From contig OZ024741.1 of the NCBI GenBank assembly GCA_964016885.1, forward strand, positions 271,808,001 to 271,872,000: DNA of 64,000 nucleotides. The letters run 5' to 3'. The DNA is from Eledone cirrhosa. Lineage: Eukaryota. The notes under the pieces were generated by a model. The model did no database searches. It saw nothing but the letters and a program-made list of their open reading frames with translations, and was not told the DNA's origin. Positions 39,050 through 53,166 of this stretch are shown piece after piece (the stretch's first letter is position 1; the number at the start of each line of letters is the position of its first letter). Both the position numbers and the translations under genes were made by a program.

Positions 39050-40624
39050 ATACCTCGACAGAGGTGATTATTATTACTATTTTTCTTTTGTCACACATAA
39101 CTATTGTTGTGTTGATTTCTTTTCAAACCTGAATTAACTCTTAACATCCTGTATGTACTGCATCAAATCACATTAGCAAAATATTCTTGAAATGTCTTAA
39201 ACAACATTATGACTGCATCACTCTTGTATTCCAAATTTCCATATAGATCCTTCCACTATAGACATTTGAATTAACAAATCAGTTTTTAAATATTGCTAAA
39301 TAATTATAGGATGTTAATAGTTAAATTATGGTTTGATATATATTTCTGGAGGTTTAATTACCATGTATGCTCTTAAAAGCTGTGGGGTTTTTTACCCTCT
39401 AAAGCAAGGAAAAACGTTGCCGAACTAATAGTCCTGAACTTTGTAGCTTAACACATACTGGCAGTAATTATGTAGAATAAGTTGACCATGTCGCTACACA
39501 GTTTGTATAAATGTTGATGTTCATCATCACAATTTTGGGTATGTTTTCGTGTTTAGAATGCGTTCCATTTTGGCATATTTTCTATCTCTGAATGCCCTTG
39601 TTAATTCTATCCACTTGATGGCAGATATTTTATGGTACCTGCACTACCACTTTTTCAACACTTAGCACACACTGTAAATGTGGTTAGTGTTAGGAAGGGC
39701 ATCTAGTGGTAGAAACCAAGCCAAAACTAATCCTGTATGAGCAAGGTATGGTCATTGGACATGGAGCGACTCGTCTAACCCATGGTAGCATGGAAAAATG
39801 GAAGTTAAACAACAATGATGAGGGCACCTGTGTCATCCTCAGCCCGGCATTGATGAGAAGGGAACAAACGTACGTTTATGCTTCTACACAGTAAACCACA
39901 GGTACTTAGCATTCAAACCAGCCACTCATACTTATGTTAAGGTATTGTTCTCAAAATAAATAACATTAAAATCTCGTAGATTCGAAATAAAAATCCAATA
40001 GTATATAAGTATAATCATCATCATTATAGTTTGTCTATCTTCCACGATAGCATGGGTTTAGACGGGAATTGTCCCACTTGAGGCAAGATTGGTAGGGAAA
40101 CCATGTCTTGCTCGTATAGGACTGTCTGGCAGATTTCTACGGCTGGATGCCCTTCCTAACACCAACCACATTTACAGTGTGGACTGGGAGGTTTTTACCG
40201 TGTTACCTACACAGCCACATTACATGTAAATGCTAAAGGGTTAAACAGGATTTTAATTTATTGCAAAACAAACATGGAGTTTTGTGAATTTATATCTAGA
40301 TAACTCAAAGTATTTATATCGAGACCTTCACCTACATATATGCACCCCTCACACCCAGTTCATACTGTACAGTGGGTGTCTTGGTGCCATGACAAACATC
40401 GCCCAGTCCGCACTTGTAGTTGATGTTAGGAAGGGCATCCAGTCGTAGAACCCCCGACGCAGTCATCTGATGACTTGTCTTAAGAGGACAAGTCGTCTAA
40501 CCCATGCTAGTATAGAAAAATGGATGTTTGATAGCTACTAATCCAGATTTACTGAGACACTGTTTATATTGTCAGTCAATAGGGAATCATATGACACCAG
40601 GTCTAGAGAGGTTAAACATTCCCT

Positions 40625-40950
40625 TTGAGCCCTATATTGTCTCCAATTCCCTATACTAATTAAAGATTCCCCTTGTTCCCTATACTGGTTAAAGACTCAC
40701 CTTGTTCCCTATACTGGTTAAAGACTCCTTGTTCCCTATACTAATTAAAAACTCCTCTTGTTCCCTATACTGGTTAAAGACTCCCATTGTATTGTCTCCG
40801 ATTCCCTATACTAGTTAACGCCCATTGAGTCCTGTATTGTCTTTACCTATACTAGTTAAATACTCCCATTGAGTCCTCTATTATCTTTAATTACCTATAC
40901 TAGTTAAAGATTCCCCTTGAGCTCTGTATTGTCTTCATTTGCCTATACTG
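40625..40950. repeat. Degenerate ~30-40-bp tandem repeat
   Basis: Recurrent CCTATACT(GG/AG/AA)TTAAAGA.TC. Confidence 0.85.
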
Positions 40951-41149
40951 TAGCCTCCAGTCAGTCACTATGTTTATTTTTTGTGTTGCAGTGCATGGAG
41001 AACAGATATCCAATATCATTTAACTTTTAGGAGTTGGATAGATCTTTGCAATGCATTTTATTGTGTCACTAAGGAGTTTGTCATGTCTTTGACACAGTTG
41101 AGGATTCCCAGCTTTTTCTTTGCAATCTTTCTAAACCTGGATATTGATC

Positions 41150-41670
41150 AGACAGCTGAGGAGTCCTCTTGTCCCTTTTTTGTCAAACTTTCTAAGGCTT
41201 GATACGGTTGTCATAGCTGAGGAGTCCTCATCCCTTTGTCAATCTTTCTAAGTCTTGATATCATTGATGTAGCTGATAGTCCTCGTCCCTTTGTCAAACT
41301 TTCTATGGCTTGATACTATTGTCATAGCTGGGGAGTCCTCATCCCTTTGTCAATCTTGATATCATTGATGTAGCTGATAGTCCTCGTCCCTTTGTCAAAC
41401 TTTCTATGGCTTGATACTATTGTCATAGCTGAGGAGTCCTCATCCCTTTGTCAATCTTGATATCATTGATGTAGCTGATAGTCCTCGTCCCTTTGTCAAA
41501 CTTTCTATGGCTTGATACTATTGTCATAGCTGAGGAGTCCTCATCCCTTTGTCAATCTTGATATCATTGATGTAGCTGATAGTCCTCGTCCCTTTGTCAA
41601 ACTTTCTATGGCTTGATACTATTGTCATAGCTGGGGAGTCCTTGTTCCTTGGCAAACTTTCTAAAGTGGA
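41150..41670. repeat. 101-bp tandem minisatellite with a dimeric unit
   Basis: GATATCATTGATGTAGCTG recurs at 41358, 41459 and 41560. Confidence 0.92.
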
Positions 41671-42367
41671 TATATTACATTCTTTAACAAAGGATTTTAA
41701 ATTTTGATCAAATCTCCTGGACCCGTGGTATTACTATGACTTTGGGATTTTGCTAGATGGTCTTAGCAATAAGTGGATTTATTTCACTTAGATAAAGAGT
41801 ATCCACGGAAGTCTTCTGTATACTAAAACCAAAATATAATGTGACTTATTAGTATAATGTTCATATTAATCTAAGAGCCTTCCATCATTATTTTATGTAA
41901 GAACCATTAACCCTTTAGCATTTACAGTATGAGCAAGACAAGGTCAGACGACCGGACACTGCCCACAACAGGACAACTCGTCTAACCCATGCTAGCATGC
42001 AAGAATGGATGTAAAACGGTGATGATGATGATTCCTCTATATTTTCATGCTAAAGTCCTTACCTCAATATTGAATCTATGAGATTTTTACATTATTTATT
42101 TTGAGAATAAGTATTAGCTGCTGGTTGAAATACTAAAGGGAACAGCATTCTATCCAATGTTTTATTGACCTTTTTTTTACATGGATGAGGAGTAAAAGTA
42201 GCTGATACAGAGATATGGGAATGTTGGTCTCCAGCTAAGTGCAGTTTGTAGGGTGTGTCATCATTTAATGCCTACTTTCTTTGCTAGCAAGGGTTTGATG
42301 AATCTATACAAGAGTCAGTACTTTAGCTGAGCTGCTTTACCTCTCAAATGACACATCTAATTATGTA

Positions 42368-43050
42368 TCATCATCATCATCATCATCATCAGCGTTTAAC
42401 GTCCGTGTTCCACGCTTGCATGGGTTTGGACGGGGGTAGTCCCACTTGAGGCAAGAGTGATTGTCTTGCTCGCATAGGACTGTCTGGCAGGTTTTCTACA
42501 GTTGGATGCCCTTCCTAACACCAACCACATTTACAGTGTGGGTCTGGGAGGTTTTTACCGTGTTGCCTACACGGCCACATTACAGCGTGGACTGTGTGTT
42601 TTTTTGTCGTGACACCTACACGATCTCATTTGTTTCGGCCTCGATGGCGCGGCACCAACATAACTTTACATAGAACGGGGTGGTGTGGATCGGGTGGGGG
42701 TGGTGGGACGGGGTGTATTTGTTAGAGATGCCTACTGGCTGGAGTAGGTTTTACTATATATTTAGGTAAGGCGGGTCTTCTCTGTTACTGAGTACCGCCA
42801 AAGGTCTCGGTCCAGTGACATTGTCTTGGAGAGGTGTAAGTGTGTGATGTCGGAGTTTATCAGCTCGTCCCAGGTTTTTCTAGGTCTGCCTATTCCGTGA
42901 CTACCGTCTATCTTTATTGCCCTGCACTTTGTTATACAGCTATCGACTTTCATGCGCATCACGTGTCCATACCAACGTAGCCTTCTCTCGAGTAAACAAC
43001 ATCTGATCCCTCTTATCTCTAATTTATTCCTTAGTTCGTTTATGCTTTGC
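42368..43050 (-). mobile_element. RTE 3' fragment
   Basis: Reverse complement of the 44181 copy's C-terminus and 3' UTR, with a (CAT)n tail on the plus strand. Confidence 0.88.
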
Positions 43051-43052
43051 TA

Positions 43053-43691
43053 TCTATATATATAAAATTATAGTTCCTGTCTGTTCACAAACTCTTATGG
43101 TTTTGGAGATAGACCTGCATAACCATATATATTCAGGCTACTTGGATAAGTATATTTCATTTTAATTAAAGGGTTCCTTGGTGGCGCAAATCCCCCGCTG
43201 AAAATTTTTTCCCTTTGATTTATATGAAATTTAAACCATAGGTGAATGACAAGATATGATGCCTATTCACAAAAGTTTTGAAAAAAATTATTTACAAGAA
43301 ACAAAATAAGAATAAGATTTTTAATAATGTAATTTTGATTTGATATATAATAATTGTTTCTACAAGGCCAGCAATTATCCAAGTGTATTACTGGTACTTT
43401 CTTTTATCGGTCCCCGTTAGGATGAAGGATAAAGTTAACCTCGACGGGATTTGAACTCAGAATGGCAAGGGCCGTAACTCTGCGTCAAAGCATGGCGTCC
43501 GATACTGCCAATTCACTGCCCGATTTGATATATAATAATGGTTTCCAATTTTTCATGCATTACATTTTACATTGAGTAATATTGAAATGCAGAGTTTTTC
43601 TCCATAAATTTATATCAATGATTTAAAATCAAACATCATTTTCTTTAAAAAAAATGTGTGAAACGCAGCAAGGCGTGGTTAATTCGGCTAG
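43053..43691 (+). mobile_element. Non-autonomous Helitron carrying a nested SINE
   Basis: A|TCTATATATATAAAA 5' end, short hairpin ACGC-agcaag-GCGT, then CTAG|T 3' end. SINE at 43355-43521 has an 18-bp TSD. Confidence 0.75.
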
Positions 43692-43711
43692 TATATATAT
43701 ATGTATAAATA

Positions 43712-44110
43712 ATGTCACTGGACCGAGATCTTTGGCGCTACGTAGTAATACAGAAGACTCGCCTTGCCTGAGTACAAAGCGAAACCTACAGTCAGTAGGC
43801 ACCTCTTAACCAAAATACACCCCTGTCCCACTACCCCCACCCCTTTCGATGTAAAGCTATGTTGGTACCACAACATCCAGTCCTAAATAAATGAGGTTGT
43901 GTAGGTGTCATGACAAAAAAACACAGTCCACGCTGTAATGTGGCCATGTAGGTAACACGGTAAAAACCTTCCAGTCCACACTAAACGTTGTTGGTGTTAG
44001 GAAGGGCAACCATCCGTAGAAAACCCGCAAGACAACCAATCTTGCCTTAAGTGGGACAATTCCCGTCCAGACTCATGCTAGCGTGGAAGATGGACATTAA
44101 ACGATGATGA
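43712..44110 (+). mobile_element. RTE 3' UTR fragment
   Basis: Matches the 44181 copy from ~45743 onward and ends in GATGATGA. Confidence 0.82.
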
Positions 44111-44180
44111 TATATATATAAATACATATATGTAATGTGTGCATTCATTAACTCATTTACATTACTCTATATTTACTAAT

Positions 44181-46277
44181 AAACGTGAGGTGTTCAGGAT
44201 TGCTAGGCAATGTGTCAAGGAAAACCGTGATATTGTTGGGGAGAAGTGTGTACTTAATGATGACGGCGTACTTGCCATCACCGATGCTGATAAGAAGGTA
44301 GCTTGGAAGTGTCACTATGAAAGGCTACTAAATGAGAATAAATGGGAGAAAGACAGTCTCCCCCACATCGACCCAATAGAGGGACCAGCAGTGTTAGTCG
44401 AGGGTAGTACGATAAGTAAGGCAATCAAAGATATGAAGACGGGTAAGGCGGCTGGGCCTTCGGAAATAGTTGCCGAGATGCTGAAGGCATCTGGTACGGT
44501 AGGACACACCATGGTCACCCGGATAGTTAACCAAGTCGTAAAGTACCTAGCTAAAAGTAAATCCCTATACTTAGCTTTTGTCGACTTGGAGAAAGCCTTC
44601 GACAGAGTCCCCCGTTCCATTATCTGGTGGGCTCTTAGAAAACTAGGTGTTGACGAATGGCTTGTGAGAGCTATACAAGCCATGTATAAAGAAACAGTCA
44701 GCAAGGTTAGAATTAACAACGAATATAGTGAAGAGTTTAGCGTAAAAGTTGGCGTCCATCAGGGCTCTGTTCTCAGCCCCCTACTATTTATTATTGCCCT
44801 TCAGGCTATAACAGAGGAGTTCAAGACCGGTTGCCCATGGGAACTCCTATACGCAGATGACCTAACACTCATAGCTGAATCAATGGCCGAGCTAGAGAAG
44901 AAATTCCAAACATGGAAGCACGGCCTAGAATCAAAAGGCCTTAAAATTAACCTGGCTAAGACTAAAGTTCTAGTTTGTAAGAAAGAAAATAAGGCGGCGG
45001 TCCCTTCCAGGAAGTGGCCATGCTCAGTGTGTAGGAAAGGCGTAGGTAGAAACTCCATTTTGTGTCCCAAATGCAAAGTATGGGTGCATAAAAGATGTAG
45101 TGGGATCACAGGTAAGCTAACTAAGAACATAGATTTTACATGTGGCCGGTGCTCTGGTGCAATAAGTAGCAGCAAGTGCCCACAAAATACTAGCTCTTTC
45201 AACTGCGCAGAGGGTTCTATAGAAATAGTGGACAGCTTCCGTTACCTGGGTGACAAAATCAGCAGTGGGGGAGGGTGCTCTGAAAGTACAGTAGCTAGAG
45301 TCAGAACTGGATGGAAAAAGTTCAGAGAGCTTATACCACTATTAGCCGCTAAAGGGTTCTCCCTAAAAATGAAAGGCAGGTTGTATGATGCCTGCATACG
45401 AACAGCAATGTTGCATGGCAGTGAGACCTGGGCATTGTGTGCAGAGGATATACGCAGACTAGAGAGAAACGAAGCTTGCATGCTCCGCTGGATGTGTAAT
45501 AGTAATATACGTGAACGGCAAAGCATAAACGAAGTGAGGAAAAAATTAGAAATAAGAGGGATCAGATGTTGTTTACTCGAGAGAAGGCTACGTTGGTATG
45601 GTCACGTGATGCGCATGAAAGACGATAGCTGTATAACAAAGTGCAGGGCAATAAAGATAGACGGTAGCCACGGAATAGGCAGACCCAGAAAGACCTGGGA
45701 CGAGCTGATAAATTCCGACCTCACACACACCTCACCAAGACGATGTCACTGGACCGAGACCTTTGGCGGTACTCAGTAATAGAGAAGACCCGCCTTACCT
45801 AAATACAAAGTAAAACCTACTACAGGCATCTCTAACAAAATCCACCCCTACCCCATCCACACCGCCCCTTTCAATGTAAAGTTATGTTGGTGCCACAACA
45901 TCCAGGCCGAAACAAATGAGATCGTGTAGGTGTCACGACAAAAAAAACACAGTTCATGCTGTAATGTGGCCGTGTAGGCAACACGGTAAAAACCTCCCAG
46001 CCCCACACTGTAAATGTAGTTGGTGTTAGGAAGGGCATGCAGCTGTAGAAAATCCGCCAGACAGTCCACGCTGAAATGTGGCCGTGTAGGCAACACGGTA
46101 AAAACTTCCCAGCCCCACACTGTAAATGTGGTTGGTGTTAGGAAGGGCATCCAGCTGTAGAAAACCCGCCAGATAGTCCTATGCGAGCAAGATAATCACT
46201 CTTTCCTCAAGTGGGAAAACCCCCGTCCAAACCCATGCAAGCGTGGAACACGGACGTTAAACGTTGATGATGATGAT
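44181..46277 (+). mobile_element. RTE-clade LINE, 5'-truncated and internally deleted
   Basis: AFVDLEKAFDRV, GVHQGSVLSP, YADD, a PHD-like C4HC3 insertion (CSVC..CPKC..WVHKRC..CGRC), RLRWYGHV and GRPRKTW; 3' UTR ends in (GAT)n. Confidence 0.92.
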
Positions 46278-47954
46278 ATTTTCACTGTAAAGGCTTTAAC
46301 TCACATAATATCTAAGCTATGAGATTTTGATATTATTTATTTTCAGAAAAATAAGTATTAGCAGCCAGTTACAGCTGGTTTGAACAGAAAGAAGTGAGAT
46401 TCTGGCCAGTTTAAATGCTAAAGGGTTAAAGTAACTTTTGACACCAAACGGTGAATTTAACTTGTGCAGTATTTGAATTGCTAATGTAAACCATCAGAAC
46501 ATTGTAAAGCATTTTGTCCACTGATCTAAAGATTCTGCTATTAACTACCATGATGGTATTGATTTCTAGCACAGGCATAATGCTATAAATTACACGACTC
46601 GTACCTACTTAATGGAACTGAGAAGTGTGAAAGGAAAACTAGACACTGTCAGGATTTGAACTCGGTACCAAGAGATATATGTGGAGGCGCATGACCTAGT
46701 GTGTATGGATGTTGGACACAAGTTCAATTCCTGGGCTGAGTAGCATGTGTTGTATTCTCAAGCAAAACACTTCATTTCACATTCCGGTATAGTCAACTGA
46801 AAATAAATACCAGCAATAGCTGGGGGTTTAACCCTGCGATGGACTGGAGTCTTGGCCTCCCAGTTTCTTAATGCCTCAGAAACCAGAATAAGAACCAGCC
46901 AAACGCCTTTCTGACTTGAGACAGGCTTAACCAAGAGATATAGAACTAAATACCACATGGTGTTTGTAGGTGGGTGTCACAATATCATGATATTTCAGTG
47001 GACCTTAGAAATGCTTGGTAGTGTCAATCTCTTGAAGGGTCCAGTTCTTCACTAAGTTTAGCTTGCCATCAAGGTGTATCTGAAAAATGTTTCTTGAGCT
47101 AAAAGCAAGAGTCGGGTGGGAATTATTGTGCCTGTACCTGCCCAACCCCACTAACGCTGTTGCCAGACATCAAGGTATTCTCTCTACCCAAACACCCTGG
47201 TTTTCAGATAATGCTTCTAGATAGAGTATAGTATTTTTATTTTTTCCACTAGTGTTAAGTCTGTCATCAACTGCAAATACATGGATAACCGAATGAGAAC
47301 AAGCTCATTCTAGTTTGAATTAAGGCTTCAGTTTATCATCTTTTACTTCTATATCCATTTTTTCTACATACACTTTTGATATGGTTTTATTGTTCTAGAC
47401 AGGGACTCGTCCATATACCCTTTTGACATGGTTTTTATTATTCTAGACAGGGAGCCTCAATATATATCCTTTTTATGGCTAGATACTCTTAATGCAAACC
47501 ACCTTAGAGAAGTTAATTCCTTGATTTAACGGAAGAGTTGTCTACCCTTTTGGCATGTTTTCTGTGAATGGACTGAGTGTATTAGAGAGGTTACATCCTT
47601 TATATGATAAAAAAAACATTTAGCGTAAGTTGTATGGCTGAATGCTCTTCCTAATGCCAACTACTTTACAAAGTGTGCTCAATACATTTTCTACTTGTTA
47701 CAATTGCTCCCATTAAATATTTGATTTAACATGATCTTCATAATACAGAAACAAAGGTATGAAATTCTATGGAAGTGGTCACTTGTTTCTTAATAACATG
47801 TCCAGCCATTCTGCAGACATGTACTCAACATAATTCTCAGGGAGATTCAGCAGGACACAGTATAGTGTAGTCCATATATATATATAGTTGTCTATGTAAC
47901 ACACTGATGCAATTTAAGCACTCAATATCATGTATTTTCTTCCAAATCATTGGC

Positions 47955-50200
47955 ATCATCATTGTTTTTACGTTCATTTTTCCACACTTGCATAGGTTAG
48001 ATGGATTCTCAGCTCAGCATCTCTCCACACACTACATTTCTTCATCATCTCTGAATTTCAGTGATTTGAGTTCAACTCTCATCACCTCTGCCCAGGCCTT
48101 CCTTGGTCTACCTCTATTGCAGCTTCCTTCCACTTGTATTTCCTGACATTTCTTCAGCTAGTGATCATCACATGTATATCACCTGTCTGTACCAATGCAA
48201 TCTTCTCTCTTGCACACTTTTTCGGATTCTTAAATCCAGTTTCTCCCTCAGGTCATCTAAGCTCTACCTTTCTTTCGCATATACATTGTACATCCCACAA
48301 AGTATGGTTGCTTCTTTTCTCTCCTGTCTACACATCCTCTGCGGTCACAGCCCATATTTCTCTAATATACAGCATCACACTTTATACTATAACTGTCTTT
48401 ACGCAGGGAGAAACCTTTAGTTGTCAACAGTGGGAGTAGCTCTCTAAACTTCTTCCATCATATCCTTATTCTAGCTATTATGTTCCAAGAGCATCCTCCT
48501 CCGCTGCTAATTAAACCTATCAACCACTTCTACAAATCCTTCTTGTGATTGGAGAAGGTTTACATCATTGGCACTCTTCCTTTCCTGTTAGTCTACCTGA
48601 TAGCCCACTATATCTCTTGTGTATAGTTTATGCCTACTCCTTTTTTACATATTAAACAGGGCCACTTCCTTGAAGAAATCATGTACCTACTTTCTTCCAT
48701 ACTTTAGCTTTAGCTAAATTTACTCACAGACCTTTTTATTCCAAATTATTTCCATAGCTGAAATTTATTCTCTAGTTGCTCCTTTCTAGAGCATCATCTA
48801 TGCCCTTATAGCAATTTATGATTGTACTGCTGCTCCAGCCATTGGATATGACACCATCCTGTGTTACCTGATTGACTATGCAGATTACTAGTTCAACTCC
48901 TCTCGATGCTTTTAGCATCTCTGCAACTATTTCTGATGGTTCCACAGCTTTACCATTCTTCATCTTGATTGTTTCGGTATCACTATAACTGTCAACTTCA
49001 ATAGATGGTCCTTCTATTAGGTAAGTTAAGGGTAGTCTCTCTCCTTCCCATTCATTCTCTACATTCGTCAGTCTCTCATAGTAACATTTCTTTCATACTT
49101 TCCCCCAACAACATCCTAATTCACACTGCATTGCAATGTGGAACACTTCACCTCTCAAAACATTAGCAAACTTTCTTTTATCAGCTTCCCTCTGAGCTGT
49201 GTATAACCTGTCATCTAGCTTCTCTCTTAGTTACCTGGTACCGATTTCTGCTCAACTTTTCCAGTCTTTCTACGCCAGTCTCTTGGCTTTAATGGCACTA
49301 TCCACTGTGCTGTTCCACCACTAGGTCACTCTCTCTCTGGCTGGCACTTTACTCCAGCCACAAGTAGTTTGCAAAAGATTGTCACAGAAGAATTTCCAAT
49401 TATTCTATACATTATATGTATCTAGCTCATCACCCTACCTATCATATGCATCTTGAAGGGCCTTTCTAAATCTATATTTAACCAAAAGGTCCTTCAGCTT
49501 CCTAACCCTCCTTCTCCACATTTTCCAGCATATCTTGTTTTGTCTTATATTTATTTTGATGTCATTAACAACCATGTGTTGAGCAGCACATTCTTCCCCA
49601 GAGAAGACCTTAGTAATTATTACAGTCAGATTATCTCATTGTCTTACAAGTAAGCTAGTGTGTTTGCTTAGTTCATATGCGATCAGGTGGCTGGGTTCCT
49701 GAAATTTGTGTTGCAAATGGTTAGTTCATTTGCCTCACAGAATTCCAAGAGCCTTACTCCCTCTTCATTTTCTGAGGCACTGTGAACTCCAGTGAATTCA
49801 TTGTGGTGCTGTCCAACATGTCCATTGAAGTTGCCTGTCAGGATGACAATAGCTGAGGTTGTCAGTAAAAGTTCTTTGTGGAACCTGTCCTTTTGTTCTT
49901 TACTCAATTCTGCTTGTGGTGCATAAGTAGATGTAATTATCATCATTCTATTTCCTACAGCTATTCTACGCTTGATAATTATGTTACCTACTCTCACTAC
50001 CTCCATCACCTTATCTATCCATTTCTCAACAAGCAGAATGCCTACACCCAGTAAAGTTTGTATCTATGCTGTTTACTTGTGAGTAGTCTTGCTGATGTAC
50101 CTCTCCATCTCACTTCTTGTACACAGCATACATCTACTTCTCTCCACTAACAGTTCCACAATTTCACCTGATTTGCCTTTGACGGTGGCAGTCTTGAAAT
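47955..50200 (-). mobile_element. Older, degenerate RTE LINE
   Basis: Scattered frames: STYAPQ, GNFNGHVG, NEEGVRLLEFCEAN, KNGKAVEPSEIVAEMLKA. Confidence 0.8.
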
Positions 50201-51341
50201 TTATAACTTAACCGTGGTTAGTTCCCTTGTGTAGCAGTTCTATGTACCTGGAAGGGGAAAAGGTTGTGCGATTGGTTGATGAGGGTCAAGTGGTTCTTCC
50301 ACATGGCTACTCTGGCCACCCCATAACCATGCACAGCACTAACATGACTAGTTTTAGCCCTGCATACACAATTAATGTGAATCTTATTTGTTGTGCTTTC
50401 CATAATTTTGTCAGGGTTTTTTCTGGCTGCATACCCTTCTTATCCCCAACCACTTTACAGCGTGGACTGGGTGCATTACTTGTGTCACCAGCATTAAAGA
50501 GGTTGCCTTACTGGACTCAAGAGTCCTCTCCACCCTCTTCCAATTTTTATTTAGTGTGACTACTTTCCTAGATGGGTTGCCTTCACTACGGCTTATGGGG
50601 CCTATGTCTGCCCCATGCAGTCATTACTATCTGGAGTCGCTGCCTCCCAACTGAAATATCTTAAGAATACCTCATTTGCCTTTCTGAGCATTGTTATGGT
50701 CCACAGAATAGCGAATTGACATTTTCATGCAACATTAGTCATGTGAGAAGGTATATCTGGAAATCAACAGATGGGATGATGGTGAACACATAGCTAGGGT
50801 GAACTTTTCTATGTACAACGTTTTTAAAAGCAAGGTAGGTGAAAAGAAGCAGTTATAAAATAGAATATGATATGATATGATTATTTCTTCCCAAGCAAAA
50901 TATAAAATATTTAATTTAGAATTGTATGAGCCATTGCTGTAATGCATCAGCTTCAGCACCCTGTCATCAGAGGGGAGGTAGCATAAATGCCAAACTTGCT
51001 ATCTTTAATTCAGTGTTCATGCAAACCTTACATAGGTCATGAAACCTTGGTAATGACTGAAAGGATACATTCGTGAATAAATCCAGTCGGAATGGGGTTC
51101 CTCTGTTACAAATAAAAACATTAAAATTTGCAGTGTTTTGTTCATTTGTTAATTCTTATCCATGTGACATTGGGGAAATCATCTTCCTCATTGTAATATC
51201 ACTCCACATAAAACAAGCGAGTACAACTTCTTGTTTCCTTGAATATGGCATAGCTTCTCTCAAGACCAAATTCACTTACTCTCTTGCCATTATTCAACCA
51301 ACAAGCTACCCACTCATCAACTTCACATCTTATTACTACTG

Positions 51342-51375
<34 letters not shown>

Positions 51376-51436
51376 AAATGAACGAATCAACAAGACAACC
51401 ACAAAACCAAAAACCTAAAACATATATATATTCAAG

Positions 51437-51803
51437 CAAAAAGTAAACAGAAACAACACAGTACAATGAAGAAATATATTTTAATGCTTGATATAGTAGG
51501 AAAAGAATCTTTACATTTCAGACATTAGACCTTTATCAGAAGATAGAACGAAAAATAAAAAGATAGAGGGTGAGAAGAGGAAGGAATGATGGAAAAAATG
51601 TTTTGAGAATGGCTGACTGAAAAAAATGGTTTTCTTGTTCCTCCTCAATTTCTATCTTTCCATATTTTTTATTTCTCATTCTGTTTCCTGATGAAGGACT
51701 AGTATCTGAAACGTAAAGACTCTTTTCCTACTATATCAAGCATTAAACTAATATGTTTCTTCATTGTACTGTATTTGCTTTGTTGCTTCAAATTACTTTT
51801 TGC
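51437..51803. mobile_element. Penelope-like fold-back unit with a degenerate hammerhead in each arm (51507-51544 minus; ~51683-51720 plus)
   Basis: Long imperfect inverted repeat. Consensus of the arms is atctt-CTGATGA-agg...ct-GAAA-cg-TA-aagat. Confidence 0.6.
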
Positions 51804-52139
51804 ATACACACACACGTACATGTATGCATAGATACATATATATATATATATATATATATGAGTTCGGATCTAACTGTTGAAATGGCAGGATCTCAGCCGT
51901 CGGGATTCCGAATCCTTCATATTACCCACTCTACTATCCCAAGTATTGAGTACTCTGGTGAGTAATGGTCTAACTGCTTTTTACTGCATCCATTCTGATT
52001 TATATATATATGTAGCAAAAGAAATGACTTGGGCAATAAAAATCGACCTTCGACAATACATGAAAAATACGGATGCTTGGTTTAACAGCACCAAGGAAGA
52101 AAATAGCGGCAGGCCATATGTTAATATAAACAAGCAACC

Positions 52140-52680
52140 TGTTTAAAGAATTGGCATGCCTCCTAGGTTGTAGCCGAACATGTACAACAGCTTATCACCC
52201 CACAGTTAATGGTATGGTGGAACGTTTCCATTGGCAATTAAAATCAGCTCTCAGAGCCTATGTTAACAACAGCAACTATTTGGAGATCTTACCCTTCATC
52301 CTTCTTGGAATTTGCTCCACCGTAAAAGAAGGGCTTGGTTTTATGCCAGCTGAGCTGGTTTATGGCATGACATTGGTATTACCCGGGCAAATGATTGCCT
52401 CAGAATCTCAACACCCCGCAGGTCCAATGAACTATACCTATCACCTGCGGACCTACATGGCAAACCTGCCATCCGTTGCCCCTTGCCCTCAAAGCATCAC
52501 TATACAAGTTCCATATGACACACAGCAATGGACACGCGTTTTTGTCAGAAAGGACACTATCAGGGCTCCTTTGTAACCACCATACTCGGGGCCCTACCAA
52601 GTAATAAAAAGGACACCCAAGCATTTCATTTTGGACATTAATGGAAAGAGGGATGCTGTCAGTGTTGACTGGCTAAGTTA
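52140..52680 (+). mobile_element. Gypsy/Ty3 integrase fragment
   Basis: TTAYHPTVNGMVERFH..LK, PAELVYG, VFVRKD, then GPYQVIKR (GPY/F module) after a stop. Confidence 0.85.
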
Positions 52681-52942
52681 CCCAACATCAGTGCTCCCAT
52701 CCACTGGCAATCGAAACTCTATGCCAACAACAAGCATTAGATCCGGTCGACATGTGCACTGGACATCTCACTATGCCCAATATGTCAAGTAACATTCCTC
52801 ATCTCATCTATAATATGTTCATTTTCATTTAATTATTTATTTATTTTATCATTTTTATGTTATTTATTTATCTATTTTTTTGTCTTACTTTTTTTTCTCT
52901 CTCATTCGGTCCTAGGTCATAGGTTCTCTTTTTCGATAACTT

Positions 52943-52975
<33 letters not shown>

Positions 52976-53119
52976 ATATATATAATAAATGTAATCTGAG
53001 TTTTTCGAATATTAATAATAACATTCGATTCGTTTGCAATTTTGCAAACAAACCTCAATTTTACAGCCATGTCAGTAGAATGAACACTTCATTCTTGCTC
53101 TTGTGTTGGCATGCGAACA

Positions 53120-53166
53120 GAACTGCAGACACTGTTTCTGGGTATCACCCTTCATCAGTACAGCTC
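53120..53166 (-). ncRNA. Type-I hammerhead ribozyme motif
   Basis: gagctgta-CTGATGA-agggtgataccca-GAAA-cagtg-TC-tgcagttc; stem I extends further (the ttggca...gaacag and ctgttc...tgccaa flanks pair). Confidence 0.65.

Noticed and set aside
41150-41670. CRISPR-like periodic repeat
   Set aside because: The units are contiguous and near-identical with no unique spacers, there are no cas genes, and the context is eukaryotic.
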